Positions 48,431 through 58,700 of a stretch of DNA of 64,000 nt are shown piece by piece (the stretch's first letter is position 1; each line of letters opens with the position of its first letter). The DNA lies in assembly GCA_001782045.1 (NCBI GenBank), contig MFNK01000003.1, positions 204,719 to 268,718 of the forward strand, in the 5' to 3' direction. Under the pieces are notes generated by a model. That model was not told where the DNA came from and did not search any database. It saw only the letters and a program-made list of their open reading frames with translations. Source of the stretch: Candidatus Levybacteria bacterium RIFCSPHIGHO2_01_FULL_36_15b. GTDB taxonomy: Bacteria; Patescibacteriota; Microgenomatia; Levybacterales; UBA12049. Both the position numbers and the translations under genes were made by a program.

Positions 48431-49084
48431 CTAATTTAGGGTTACATGAATTCTCGATTGCGTTATGTTTGCAGGAAAATTTAGTTGAGTCTTCATTTGA
48501 ACTTGGTATGTTTTTTTCCCATTATCATAAATTAGCGCGTCCGAGACGACATAAGAAGACGCACCATTTGCCGAGACTTCACTGTTCCAAACGGGATGAT
48601 TATCGGTTTTATTATAAAGCCTAATCCATATTATTTGATTCCCCGTTGGAATTTGCGTAGATACTTCAAACCTTACTTCCTTAATGTTTACATAATTACC
48701 TAAATCAAAAGATACCTGTAGGCCTTCTACATCAGCCCAGTCAGACGAGCTGTTCGTTCCGGAACCAAAGGAAATAAAGTAATCCTTAATATTGTTTTTA
48801 CTTGTTTCATAATTAGATATATTTGAACTTTCTTCGACAAAAGGAGTAGGAGAATTAGTAGGAGAGTTAATAGGAGAAGGTGAAGGATTTGAGGTTTTTT
48901 CGCTTATTATAGCTTGGGGCTTAAGTATGAATGAATAAATTACTGCAAGATTTGTAACAATTATTATTGCGCATACAGCGATAATAAAAAAGGCATTTCT
49001 TACTCTTTTCTCGTCGAGCTTTATTCTTTGTTCGTCTTTCTCAAGTTCTCTTTCAAGATTTTCTACTTCTTTTGATTCATCCAT
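48431..49084 (-). CDS. Hypothetical single-TM protein with Ser/Pro/Thr linker and beta-sandwich-like C-domain
   Basis: Charged N-terminus, TM, SNPSPSPINSPTNSPTP linker. Confidence 0.75.
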   Translation of the reverse strand: MDESKEVENLERELEKDEQRIKLDEKRVRNAFFIIAVCAIIIVTNLAVIYSFILKPQAIISEKTSNPSPSPINSPTNSPTPFVEESSNISNYETSKNNIKDYFISFGSGTNSSSDWADVEGLQVSFDLGNYVNIKEVRFEVSTQIPTGNQIIWIRLYNKTDNHPVWNSEVSANGASSYVVSDALIYDNGKKTYQVQMKTQLNFPANITQSRIHVTLN

Positions 49085-49088
49085 TATC

Positions 49089-49745
49089 TTAGAGCGCGCC
49101 TTTACCCGAAATCATAGCCCAGGGAGTTTTTAAAATAATCCACAAGTCATAAATAATTGAGCGTTTCTTTACGTACATTGCATCCATCTCTATTCTTTTA
49201 TCAAAATTTATTTCAGACCTTCCTGAAACCTGCCAATAACCAGTAACTCCCGGTTTAACCGACAAAACTACTTTTACTGCCCCTTTAGTATGGGGATATT
49301 GTTTTTGCTGTTCTTCCAGTTCGTCAGGGTAATAAGCCCTGGGCCCAACTAGGCTCATCTCTCCTCTTAGAATATTAAAAAACTGCGGAACTTCATCTAA
49401 AGAATGTTTTCTAATAAAATGCCCTACTCTTGTTACTCTTGGATCATCTTTAAGTTTGTAACTTCCTCTTTTATATTCATAAAAAAGTTTTGAATACTCT
49501 GGGTTTTTACGAAGTAGTCTATGTGCATTTTCCACCATACTTCTGAACTTATACATTTTAAACAATTTTCCGCCTCTTCCTACTCTTTTTGGAGTATCAG
49601 CCAAAACAGGACCCTTCGAATCCAATTTTATTAAAACTGCAAGTAGAATTATTAATGGAGAAAATAATATTATGAGGATTAAAGAGAAAATAATATCTAC
49701 CATTCTTTTAATTTTTTCGTAAAACCCGTTCTTGTGCGATTCCAT
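49089..49745 (-). CDS. Priming undecaprenyl-phosphate glycosylphosphotransferase (WcaJ/CpsE-like monotopic PGT)
   Basis: KRMVDI, YKFRSM, DPRVT, SLDEVPQ, MSLVGPR and KPGVTGYWQVSGR motifs. Confidence 0.93.
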   Translation of the reverse strand: MESHKNGFYEKIKRMVDIIFSLILIILFSPLIILLAVLIKLDSKGPVLADTPKRVGRGGKLFKMYKFRSMVENAHRLLRKNPEYSKLFYEYKRGSYKLKDDPRVTRVGHFIRKHSLDEVPQFFNILRGEMSLVGPRAYYPDELEEQQKQYPHTKGAVKVVLSVKPGVTGYWQVSGRSEINFDKRIEMDAMYVKKRSIIYDLWIILKTPWAMISGKGAL

Positions 49746-49748
49746 AAA

Positions 49749-50831
49749 TTAAGTTAAATCCTCGTATTCGGTCCCAGATAAGCTCTCTACGAATTTTTTT
49801 ATTTGAGGTACTGAATCCTTAGGGCAAACCAGTAAAACATCGTCTGTATTAATAATTATAACCTTAGACAAGTCTAATCCTACAACAAGCTGATCGGTAT
49901 AGTTAAATACCAGATTATCGCTGCTTCCTTCAAGCATTACCTTTCCTTTAGTTACATTTTCATGAATTGATATTTGTAAAGCTTCTTTTAATGCTTCCCA
50001 AGCGCCAACATCGCTCCATCCCAAATCGGCTGCAATTACAAATACCTTATCTGTATCTATTTTTTCCAAAATAGCACTATCAAAACTGATTGTTTCAAAC
50101 TCGGGATATGTTTTTTGCATAATTTTCTCATAACTATTGGTTTTATAAGATTTTTGAATATCCATTATTCCTTCCCAAATTTTAGGGGCAAACTTTTCAT
50201 ACTGGGATAAAACAAACTGAGGCGTAGTTACAAAATAACCAGGATTCCATGCATAATTTTGGTTTTCTAAAAATTTTTGTGCCTCCTCAAGTGATGGTCT
50301 GTATATTAATTTTTTAAACTTAAAAATTTTTGTGCCTCTTACGCTATCTATCTCATCTCCAAACTCAATCCATCCCAAATTCTGATTTGCAAATCTTGCT
50401 CTTTGCCCTATAAAAATTAACGAGCTGGGATTACTGGAAACTAATTTTTCAGCAAATAAGAGAACCTCTCTAAATCTTCTTTCTTTCTTAACAAAATGGT
50501 CGCTCCAAATAATCGCAACTGGTTCGTTCGGATTCTCTTTTCCGACAATTCCCATTGCGACTCCAACAGCGGGGCCTACGTCTCTCATTTCCGGCTCAAG
50601 AATAAAATTATCAGAAGGAATTTGAGGAAGGTGCGATCGTACTATATTTTCATACTTCTTACCTGTAGATACATAAATATCTTCGTATTTAAATTCTGGC
50701 TGCAGTCTTTCTACTGCTAGTTGAAGAGTTGATTTATCACCAACGATTTTTTCAAATTGTTTGGGAGTATTTTTTCGCGATAATGGCCAAAGTCGAGTTC
50801 CCACCCCTCCGGCAAAAATAACTACTTTCAT
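49749..50831 (-). CDS. manC: Mannose-1-phosphate guanylyltransferase (no PMI domain)
   Basis: AGGVGTRLWPLSR...PKQF, LEP..RD, SDH, SFDSAILEK and WSDVGAW motifs. Confidence 0.88.
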   Translation of the reverse strand: MKVVIFAGGVGTRLWPLSRKNTPKQFEKIVGDKSTLQLAVERLQPEFKYEDIYVSTGKKYENIVRSHLPQIPSDNFILEPEMRDVGPAVGVAMGIVGKENPNEPVAIIWSDHFVKKERRFREVLLFAEKLVSSNPSSLIFIGQRARFANQNLGWIEFGDEIDSVRGTKIFKFKKLIYRPSLEEAQKFLENQNYAWNPGYFVTTPQFVLSQYEKFAPKIWEGIMDIQKSYKTNSYEKIMQKTYPEFETISFDSAILEKIDTDKVFVIAADLGWSDVGAWEALKEALQISIHENVTKGKVMLEGSSDNLVFNYTDQLVVGLDLSKVIIINTDDVLLVCPKDSVPQIKKFVESLSGTEYEDLT

Positions 50832-51895
50832 ACTTTGTTTCTTTCTATAAAATCCAACAAATTTTTCTTAAATTCTTTATGCGAAAATCTTAATGAATTT
50901 TCAATACAAGCTTCTCTATTATATCTATTAGCTTTAAAATTTTCCAACACATTCTCAAGTTCGGGTTCGCTGCCAAAAAATTCCCCGGTTTTTCCCTCTT
51001 TAACTATATCCAAAGCCCCTCCTGCTTTATAAGCAATAACGGGTTTTCCAAAGTATTGTGCCTCTACCATTGCAAGCCCAAAATCCTCAGTAGTAGGAAA
51101 AATAAAAGCACGGCAGTTTAGGTAATAACCGTAAAGCTCCTCTTCTGATAAATTTTTTATAAATTCAATATTGCTGCCCGCTTTCCGTTTTAGCTTACCT
51201 TCTTCCCACCCTGTCCCGATTATTTTCAGCGGCAACTTTAATTTATTAAAAACTGAAATTGCCATGTCAATTCTTTTGTAAGCAACAAGTCTTGATATTA
51301 TAAGAAAATAATTTTGCTCGGCTGGAAGTTTTGGCTTAACATCGGAAATAGAAAGAGGTGGGAAAATTACACTTGAGTTTTGCCCATAATAATTTTTAAT
51401 CCTTTTTTTTACTTCGTTTGATATAGCTATATAATAATCCGGTCTTTGAGAAGCAATTTTATCCCACAGCCTAAGGTAGGAAACTACTGGTTTAGAAAAA
51501 AGCTTAAACAGCCTACCTTTAAAATAAACATTGTAACCGCTCCATAAATATCTAGTTGGAGTTAAGCAATAACATATATGCAAAGTTTTAGGCTTTGTAA
51601 TTATTCCTTTTGCAGATTCACTGGTCACAGAAATAACCAAATCGTAATTTTCAAAGTTAAAACCCTCAAACGCAATTGGCATAAGGGTGGCTAAAAACTC
51701 ATGCCTTGAAGAAGCTCCGGGAATTTTTTGCAAAAAAGAGGTTTTTATATTAAATTTTTTTGCCCAAGGTGCTTTTTCTTTGTTATAAACTGAAGTAAAA
51801 AGATCTGCTTTAGGAAATATTTTATTTAGAGAAAGAAGCACTCTTTCTGCTCCTCCCCATTTATTAACTCTATCGTAAACCAATGCTACTTTCAT
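50828..51895 (-). CDS. GT4 glycosyltransferase (WbaZ-like mannosyltransferase)
   Basis: GGAERVL, CYCLTPTRYLW, SRLVAYKR and EDFG..MVEAQ motifs. Confidence 0.88.
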   Translation of the reverse strand: MKVALVYDRVNKWGGAERVLLSLNKIFPKADLFTSVYNKEKAPWAKKFNIKTSFLQKIPGASSRHEFLATLMPIAFEGFNFENYDLVISVTSESAKGIITKPKTLHICYCLTPTRYLWSGYNVYFKGRLFKLFSKPVVSYLRLWDKIASQRPDYYIAISNEVKKRIKNYYGQNSSVIFPPLSISDVKPKLPAEQNYFLIISRLVAYKRIDMAISVFNKLKLPLKIIGTGWEEGKLKRKAGSNIEFIKNLSEEELYGYYLNCRAFIFPTTEDFGLAMVEAQYFGKPVIAYKAGGALDIVKEGKTGEFFGSEPELENVLENFKANRYNREACIENSLRFSHKEFKKNLLDFIERNKV

Positions 51896-53002
51896 TTATG
51901 CTGAGTTTGCTGAAGTATAAGCTTTCAGTGTTTCCTTAGCCATTTTTTCCCAAGAAAACTTTCTTACTACTAAGAATCCTTTTTCTTTTAAATCTTTACG
52001 AGTTTTTAAATCATTTAAAATTAATTTTAAAATTAACGTTAAATCCTTTGGCTTTTTAGGATCAAAGTAAATAGCAGAATCTTTACAAATTTCTCTATGT
52101 ACGGGAATGTCTGAAAGAATTAATGGAGAACCCGCAGCCATTGCCTCAACCGCGGTTAAAGAAAATCCTTCCATAAAGGAAGGCACAATTGTTGCCACTG
52201 AATTTTTGTATAAGCTATAAAGTTTTTTATCATCCGGATTTTCAATAAATACAACGTTTTTTCCAAGATTTAACTGTTCAACTTTTTCTATAACTCTTTT
52301 ATAAAAAAAATCTTTCCTGCCTACAAGAGCAAGCTTAACCTGCGGATAATCTTTAACAAATTCCCTAAAAGCGAGCAGTAAAATGTCGACATTTTTATGG
52401 GGGTAAAAATTTCCTACCCTTAAAAAATATTTTCCTTTAAAAGGGAATTCAGTATTCGCTTCGTACTCAAATCCACCTTCGTATGTAATGATAATTTTCT
52501 CTTTCTTAACCCAATGGTAGTTTTCTAAAATATTACTTTTTACTGTTTCTGATGGAACAATTATTTTTTTTGCATTTTTTAAAACGTTTGAAAGAATAAA
52601 CCTGTATCCAACTCTTTTTATCCAGTATAGAAAAATAGGCAAAGTGGATGCTTTACCCGTGTTAAATTTATTAACTATTAAATCGTGAATAGTCACTATG
52701 TATGGTTTTTTGTAAAAATATGGAACGCTAAAATACGGAAAATGCATTAAATCAAGGTTCTCTTTATTAATAATCTGCGGAAAATTAATTTGCTCTTCTA
52801 GGCTATGCCAGGGGATATCACAATTTGAAATTTTAAATTTTGAATTTGAAATTTGCAATTTAACGTCTTCATAATCCTCTGATCTAACAAACAATACATA
52901 ATTATTCTTTTTATCAAGCATTTGAAGATTAATAATCAAATTCCTAGTGTACCTACCAACTCCTGTTTGGTTCCAAAGGCGGCAGTCTATTCCAATAAGC
53001 AT
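51896..53002 (-). CDS. GT4 glycosyltransferase (MtfB/WbaZ-like)
   Basis: IGID.R...TGVGRY, TIHDL, HKN and EGFSLTAVEAMA motifs. Confidence 0.88.
   Translation of the reverse strand: MLIGIDCRLWNQTGVGRYTRNLIINLQMLDKKNNYVLFVRSEDYEDVKLQISNSKFKISNCDIPWHSLEEQINFPQIINKENLDLMHFPYFSVPYFYKKPYIVTIHDLIVNKFNTGKASTLPIFLYWIKRVGYRFILSNVLKNAKKIIVPSETVKSNILENYHWVKKEKIIITYEGGFEYEANTEFPFKGKYFLRVGNFYPHKNVDILLLAFREFVKDYPQVKLALVGRKDFFYKRVIEKVEQLNLGKNVVFIENPDDKKLYSLYKNSVATIVPSFMEGFSLTAVEAMAAGSPLILSDIPVHREICKDSAIYFDPKKPKDLTLILKLILNDLKTRKDLKEKGFLVVRKFSWEKMAKETLKAYTSANSA
52822..52861. repeat. 7-bp-period tandem repeat inside a GT4 CDS
   Basis: AATTT at 52822, 52829, 52836, 52843, 52850 and 52857; encodes KLQISNSKFKISN. 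Confidence 0.75.
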
Positions 53003-53009
53003 GATGTTA

Positions 53010-53015
53010 ATTATA
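53010..53015 (-). promoter_or_regulatory. -10 box, leaderless GT4 gene
   Basis: TATAAT-N7-ATG. Confidence 0.6.
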
Positions 53016-53032
53016 GCCTAAAGTGCGCTTTG

Positions 53033-54220
53033 TTATAAAGAAGACATATAAACCTTTTCTAGCTTTACGGAAATTTTCTCCCAATCATAATTTTCTTCAA
53101 CAAAGTTTCTTGCATTATGAGTAAGCTTTCGATAAAGACTTGAATCAGTCAAAAGATTAACCACACAATTTGCTAAATCAATTGAACTTTCAGAAGCTAA
53201 AACGTGCGTACCGTTTTTTGCAGATAATCCCTCTATTCCTAAACTTGTCGTTACTACTCCGACTCCGCTTGACATAGCTTCAAGAATTTTATAACTCGTT
53301 CCCCCGCCAGCTCTTAGGGGAGCCAAAAGCAAATAGGAACGCCTGAAAATTTCAGGCGTTTCAAGTTTTTGATTTTTTTCAAATATAATATCTTTCGACT
53401 CGTATTTTTTAAGGTTATCGGGAATATTCTTTCCTACTACCCAAAGCTTTAAATCTATTTTTTTATTAAGCTCTGAAAGCTCTTTTATCACTCTTGGCCA
53501 AATTTCCTTTAAAATAAACTCCAGGGCATCTCTATTTTGCAACCATCTAAAGTCTCCTATAAAAAGAACCTTTCTTTCGTTTCCTATTTTTTCAAAATTT
53601 CTGAATGTGAATTTTTTTGTGTCTACTCCGTTTGGCACTAGTACAACATCTCTTCTTTTCATTAACCTTTTTTCTACCTCCGAAACGGCGATAAGCTTAT
53701 CTACCTTTTTCCATGCAGCTTCCTCTTTTCTTTTAATCTTAACAACATCTATATATAAAAACGGCCTTACAAAGGACAAGCTCAAGTCTGAATATTTTTT
53801 GTAAACAAGATATTCTATATTATGCTCTGCCAGAACAACCGGAAGAAAAGTTTTGGGAATATTCTGCAGCACATAGAAAGTCTCAACGTGTATTAAGTCA
53901 AAACTTGTCTTTACCAATTCATCTCTTATTAAGCTTTTCATTTCTTCGCTTTTGTGCCCTGTTAGAAGAAAAGGGTCAGATGAAAAGCCTGTTTTTAAAA
54001 TATTAGAAACACTCCATTGTTTTTTCCTCCTTACTGTTATAACTTTCGTACAGATTTTTTTTATTTCATCCACGTCTTCCTCTGTTTGATAATCCCTTTT
54101 TTCGCAAATTAAGGTTATATTATGTCTATTGGATAGATTTTTTATCAAATTATAAAGCCTGATGTGTCCACCAGACGTAAGCGGATAAGGCAAAAATGAC
54201 GAAACCATTAATATTTTCAT
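53033..54220 (-). CDS. GT4 glycosyltransferase
   Basis: Start set at ATG 54220 (MKILMVSSFLPYP..SGG.IR); motifs EHN.E, VPNGVD and GGGTSYKILEAM. The track's extra N-terminal MKGEFSNG is MITE sequence. Confidence 0.87.
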   Translation of the reverse strand: MKILMVSSFLPYPLTSGGHIRLYNLIKNLSNRHNITLICEKRDYQTEEDVDEIKKICTKVITVRRKKQWSVSNILKTGFSSDPFLLTGHKSEEMKSLIRDELVKTSFDLIHVETFYVLQNIPKTFLPVVLAEHNIEYLVYKKYSDLSLSFVRPFLYIDVVKIKRKEEAAWKKVDKLIAVSEVEKRLMKRRDVVLVPNGVDTKKFTFRNFEKIGNERKVLFIGDFRWLQNRDALEFILKEIWPRVIKELSELNKKIDLKLWVVGKNIPDNLKKYESKDIIFEKNQKLETPEIFRRSYLLLAPLRAGGGTSYKILEAMSSGVGVVTTSLGIEGLSAKNGTHVLASESSIDLANCVVNLLTDSSLYRKLTHNARNFVEENYDWEKISVKLEKVYMSSL

Positions 54221-54297
54221 CCCGTTAGAAAACTCTCCTTTCAAACATGTTCCATGGAGTTGTAAAATTATATTTTAATTGCATTTTTCTAACGGGA
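54220..54297. mobile_element. 78-bp MITE/REP-like element with 13-bp TIRs and a 4-bp TGAA target duplication
   Basis: Minus strand TGAA[TCCCGTTAGAAAA...TTTTCTAACGGGA]TGAA; removing it restores an ATGA stop/start overlap. Confidence 0.75.
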
Positions 54298-54298
54298 T

Positions 54299-55732
54299 TC
54301 ATTCTAGTTTAAAAATGACATACTGACTTGTCTTTTCAATTATTTGATAAGTGTTTCCAAGACCCAAATCAACAGGCGTAGGATTAGCAAGAACTAAATA
54401 ATCTGCCCCCATTTTTACCATTTCTGGTATAGATTTTTCAAAACTTGCCCAACCCTTTCTTTTTGTCTGATATAGAAAGGTTGTATCTCCATTATAAATC
54501 GCGATAATTTTTGCGTCCTTAGGAGTTAGCCTATCAACGGCTGCACCGGCCGCAATAATTGATGGATTATTAATATTGAAATAATCTTTTACCTGATTCC
54601 ATCCTAAAACAAAAAGTGAAATAAGGCTTAAAACTAAAATGGCTTTACCTACTTCAAGACTTTTATACTTGTATCTATATAAAAATATCGCGCCAAGTGC
54701 AAAGAAAATCGAGACTGTGGGCATAATAAGGATTTGGTAATAGTCGTGTTGCACATTTCCTGTTGCAAACACAGTAACATATAAAAGAGAACTTACTCCA
54801 AAAGTCGCGATAAAAAGCCTGTCTTTATATTGTTTTAAATTTAGTATTCCTGAAATTAAAATAATTACTCCAAAATATCCACTAATCAAAGCCGTTAGCC
54901 TTTCATAAAAAATCCAACGAAAAAATGAAGGCCTAAATCTTATTCCATTACCATTTAAAAGCCATCCACTCGCAGGTATCCCTGCAGGAAAATTTTGTAT
55001 CCAAAGTCTCCAAAAAAGTAAGGGCAAAAGACTTACTAATGCATAAAACCAAAGCCTCCAGTTTTTAAATACTGAGTTGCCAAATTTTTCATACGCAAGA
55101 TAAACAATGGGTAAGACAAAAAATAAAGCGTAGGGTTTTAAAAGCAGGGCAGATATCATAAACAGCAGCGAGATAACAAAATAAATTACCTGCTTAGATT
55201 TTTCTCCAAGCCAAAGCTGAAAAAAATACGTTGCACCTGTAACTGCCATAATCATCATAGAATCCGGCAAGATTGCCCGGCTATAAAAAATATTGTATGG
55301 AATAAATAGGTAGAAAAAGGCGGAAACAATCCCTAGTATATTTTGTTTGCGATATGAAAAAATTAAATACAAAAATACTGCGGAACAAAGAGAGGAAAAA
55401 ATAGAAACCAGTCTTCCCCATTCTTCTAGGGTAAATACTCCTACTAAATTATAAAGTGCAGCATGGAAAAAATTATAAAGAGGAAACTCTACAAATCGAT
55501 AACCCTCTGGATTGTCATAAATACCTGATGGTACGTTTGAAAGATCGTCAAACTTTGGATAAAGTAAATTAATTCCGTTGTTTACAAAGTTTCGTGATAC
55601 TGCAGAAGTATCAGCTTGACGCCAACTGTGCCAATCCGCAACTGGTCCGTCAAATCGATAAAGACGTGCTAAAAAACCGCAACAAAGTAAAACTGCTAAT
55701 ATAAAAATTTCAATCTTCTTTCCTAATGTCAT
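54299..55732 (-). CDS. GT-C (ArnT/PMT-like) glycosyltransferase
   Basis: WHSWRQADT..V.RNF, EFPLY, GRLVS, YSRA.LPD and HDYYQ motifs; many TM segments. Confidence 0.8.
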   Translation of the reverse strand: MTLGKKIEIFILAVLLCCGFLARLYRFDGPVADWHSWRQADTSAVSRNFVNNGINLLYPKFDDLSNVPSGIYDNPEGYRFVEFPLYNFFHAALYNLVGVFTLEEWGRLVSIFSSLCSAVFLYLIFSYRKQNILGIVSAFFYLFIPYNIFYSRAILPDSMMIMAVTGATYFFQLWLGEKSKQVIYFVISLLFMISALLLKPYALFFVLPIVYLAYEKFGNSVFKNWRLWFYALVSLLPLLFWRLWIQNFPAGIPASGWLLNGNGIRFRPSFFRWIFYERLTALISGYFGVIILISGILNLKQYKDRLFIATFGVSSLLYVTVFATGNVQHDYYQILIMPTVSIFFALGAIFLYRYKYKSLEVGKAILVLSLISLFVLGWNQVKDYFNINNPSIIAAGAAVDRLTPKDAKIIAIYNGDTTFLYQTKRKGWASFEKSIPEMVKMGADYLVLANPTPVDLGLGNTYQIIEKTSQYVIFKLE

Positions 55733-58700
55733 TTATTAACTTTTGGTTGGTTTCTAGTGGTTACTTCGGTAAGGCTTCCGTCGCTGTTGAATACAAATAT
55801 CTTGTCTGTTCTTGAACTCCCTACTGCCTGCAAAGCATCATTTAGATTGGTATCCTTGTATATTTTTACGCTATCGTTTTTAACTGCAAACCATACTGCG
55901 TCATCAAGCCCAACCGGGAAAACCCAGGCTTGTCCCCACTTTATCGGAACATTTAAGAAGTGGAAGCTTAAATCTTTATTTGACCAATAATCGCTGTAAT
56001 ATGAATCAAAGGATATAAAGAAGTTCTTAACTTTGGTAGATGAACCATGCCAATCGGCAGCGCTTTGTTGAAATGAAATTATGTGAAAGAAACCATAAAT
56101 TAACAAAAGTACGGCCATTGCAGCAATGGCTACATTTCTTCCGCTTTCTAAAAGAAACTCATATATTTTTTTAAACACTACAACCAAGACAAAAATCACT
56201 CCTATTGTAGAAAGATAGCTATATCTTGAAGTTATATTTCCAAGTCCCAAGTACGGAAGAAGTGAAATAATAAAGAAAGACGCTCCAAAAAATAAAATTC
56301 TTTTATCTATTTGATCAAGAATATTTTTTCCCTTTTTATAAATAAGAGTAATAATTGCAATTCCTATAAAAACTAAACCTCCCGATAAAACCATATTTTC
56401 CCTAAGTAAAATTCTTAAATTTTCATATATGCCTATTGTCGCTTGTCCTAAAATAGCAATAGAAATATACCCCAAAATATTTCCTACAAAATTGAATGGA
56501 AGCTTAACTAAATCATAGTTATAATCTCCGGAAAACCAATGACTATTGGAAAAAAGCCGTAAAACAAAATATAAAACAACTGGAATAAAAAGAATTACAA
56601 AGTCACGTTGTTTGATTTCTGCCATTACTGTATTTAAGTTTGTGTCCTTAAGTCTGTATGCCAACACCAAAAGAGGAAGAACCACGCCTAACTCATGAAA
56701 TAAAAGAGTAAGTGTAAATGAGGCAAACGCTAAAATATAATAATAAACTTTTTTTGTTTCATCCCATTTAATAAAAAGAAGTAAGCCTAAAAGTGCAAAG
56801 ACTGCGGTAAAAAGATGTCCCGTTGCCGCAATCCAAAAAATTATTTCGGAGTAGCCGCTTAATATAAGAAACAGGAATGCGCAGAAAGCGGATAAAAGAG
56901 TACTTTTAAAAACTCTTTTTGCAACAAGGAAAAACAAAACTGAAACAATAAAATGGAGAACTATAGAAACTAAATGATAAACAGCCGGATTTAGCCAAAA
57001 AGTGTTATACATAAAATCGAAGTAAATTTTTGTTCCCGGCCTAAAGAAAAAGCCTCCCGAATCTGTAAAGTAAGTTAACAAATTAGATGGCGCCTTAGCA
57101 GCCCACTTTAGCCAAGTAAAATCATCTCCTGCAAAAAAATTATTTATTAGTGGAGAATATAAAACAATACTAAGTCCAAGAAGATAAATTACAATTGCAT
57201 ATGTAGAAACTGCTGCTTTTTTTAGTTCATCAAATAGATTAATTTCTGATTTTAAATTTAAAACAATTATTCCAAGCGCTATACCCATTAAGATCCATAA
57301 TGTATAAGCAATTTTAGACGCCTCAAAAACGTCTATTAAAAATGCGTTTAAGCCAAGCCCAACCAGTCCTGCCCCAAATCCAAGAAGAAAATTTTTTTCA
57401 ATACCGTAATCTAAACTCTTCCACACCTTTTTAAGATAAATAAAGAAAGAGAAAAATATTGAAAGAAAAGCAATAAATCCTAAAAGGCCTATCTCGCCCA
57501 ATATTCGCAAATAATTATTGTCTACTGCCAAAGTTACCGAACTGTAACCGCTTCCTATTAATATTTGTCTTTGAAAAGCCTCTATCGCCCTTGGCCATTC
57601 TCCTTGAAACCTTGTGGTAAAAGATAAATCGTAAGCAGCAGCTCTTTTAATAATAAAATTTCCATGTAAAACTAAAAATTGGGCCGATGGAGAAGATTTT
57701 ACATCCGGCGGAAACTCATAGAAAAAATTTCCAACTCTTTTTATAACAGGAGAAAGCGCAAGGTTAATGTAGCCTGTTCCTGAAGGTAAGTTTTCACCCG
57801 TTGATAAGTTTACCGCTTTTACCAATGTAACCTCATTTGGAATAAACTTATACGGAAAAATTGCAGAAGGTGAAGAATTTTTTTCTCCCGCTAAAGCGTT
57901 AACAAGTTCTTCCTGATCTTTTACTCGCTGCGATAAAACAATTTTGTCTTGGAAAAATTCTTTTGAAACAAATTTTACATGACCAATGGAGTTTCCTGTA
58001 TTTGCATCTACCAATACATCTACCGTATCTACAGTATTTTGGAATCTCTGCAAAATAGTTGGTTTTAACGCCAAGAAAAGAAGTGCTCCGATTATAATAA
58101 CGGGTACGGAATATAAGACTAATTTTCTCTTTTGAAAGAAAAAAACTATAAATAAGGACACAAAAACCACCACAAACGAGACCCTAGAAACTGTCATAAA
58201 TAGTAACCAGAAAGAAAGCAAGGTTGTAAAAAGAATAATACCCTTAACGAGAAAATTCTTGATTACAAAAAATAAACTGACCAGTATTGGAATCATTAAG
58301 ACTAAATAAGCGGCTAAATCGTAGTGCCCGGCAAAAGTTGACGGAACGCGCGAAAGCTCGGAAAGCTGTATCGGTATCCCCTTTGCAAACTCTTCGTTGC
58401 TTGTTAAAAATGCAGGAAAACCAAAATACTTTTGTCCAAACCCATAAAAAATAATTGCAAGAAGAGTAATAAGTATGGTGCCAATAACAAAGTACAAAAG
58501 TTTCCTGTCTTTCATTCCCTGATAGGCAACAAAAAATAAGCTCAAATATTCAACATGCCTAACTAAGGCAAGAAATGCTACATTTGGAAATGTATTTGCA
58601 AGTGTAGGAAATATTAAAAGTACACCGTGAATTGTTGCAACAGCACCTACTATCCAGAATATTAGAATAGGAAAGGTCAAAGGAGTACGTAACGTAATTT

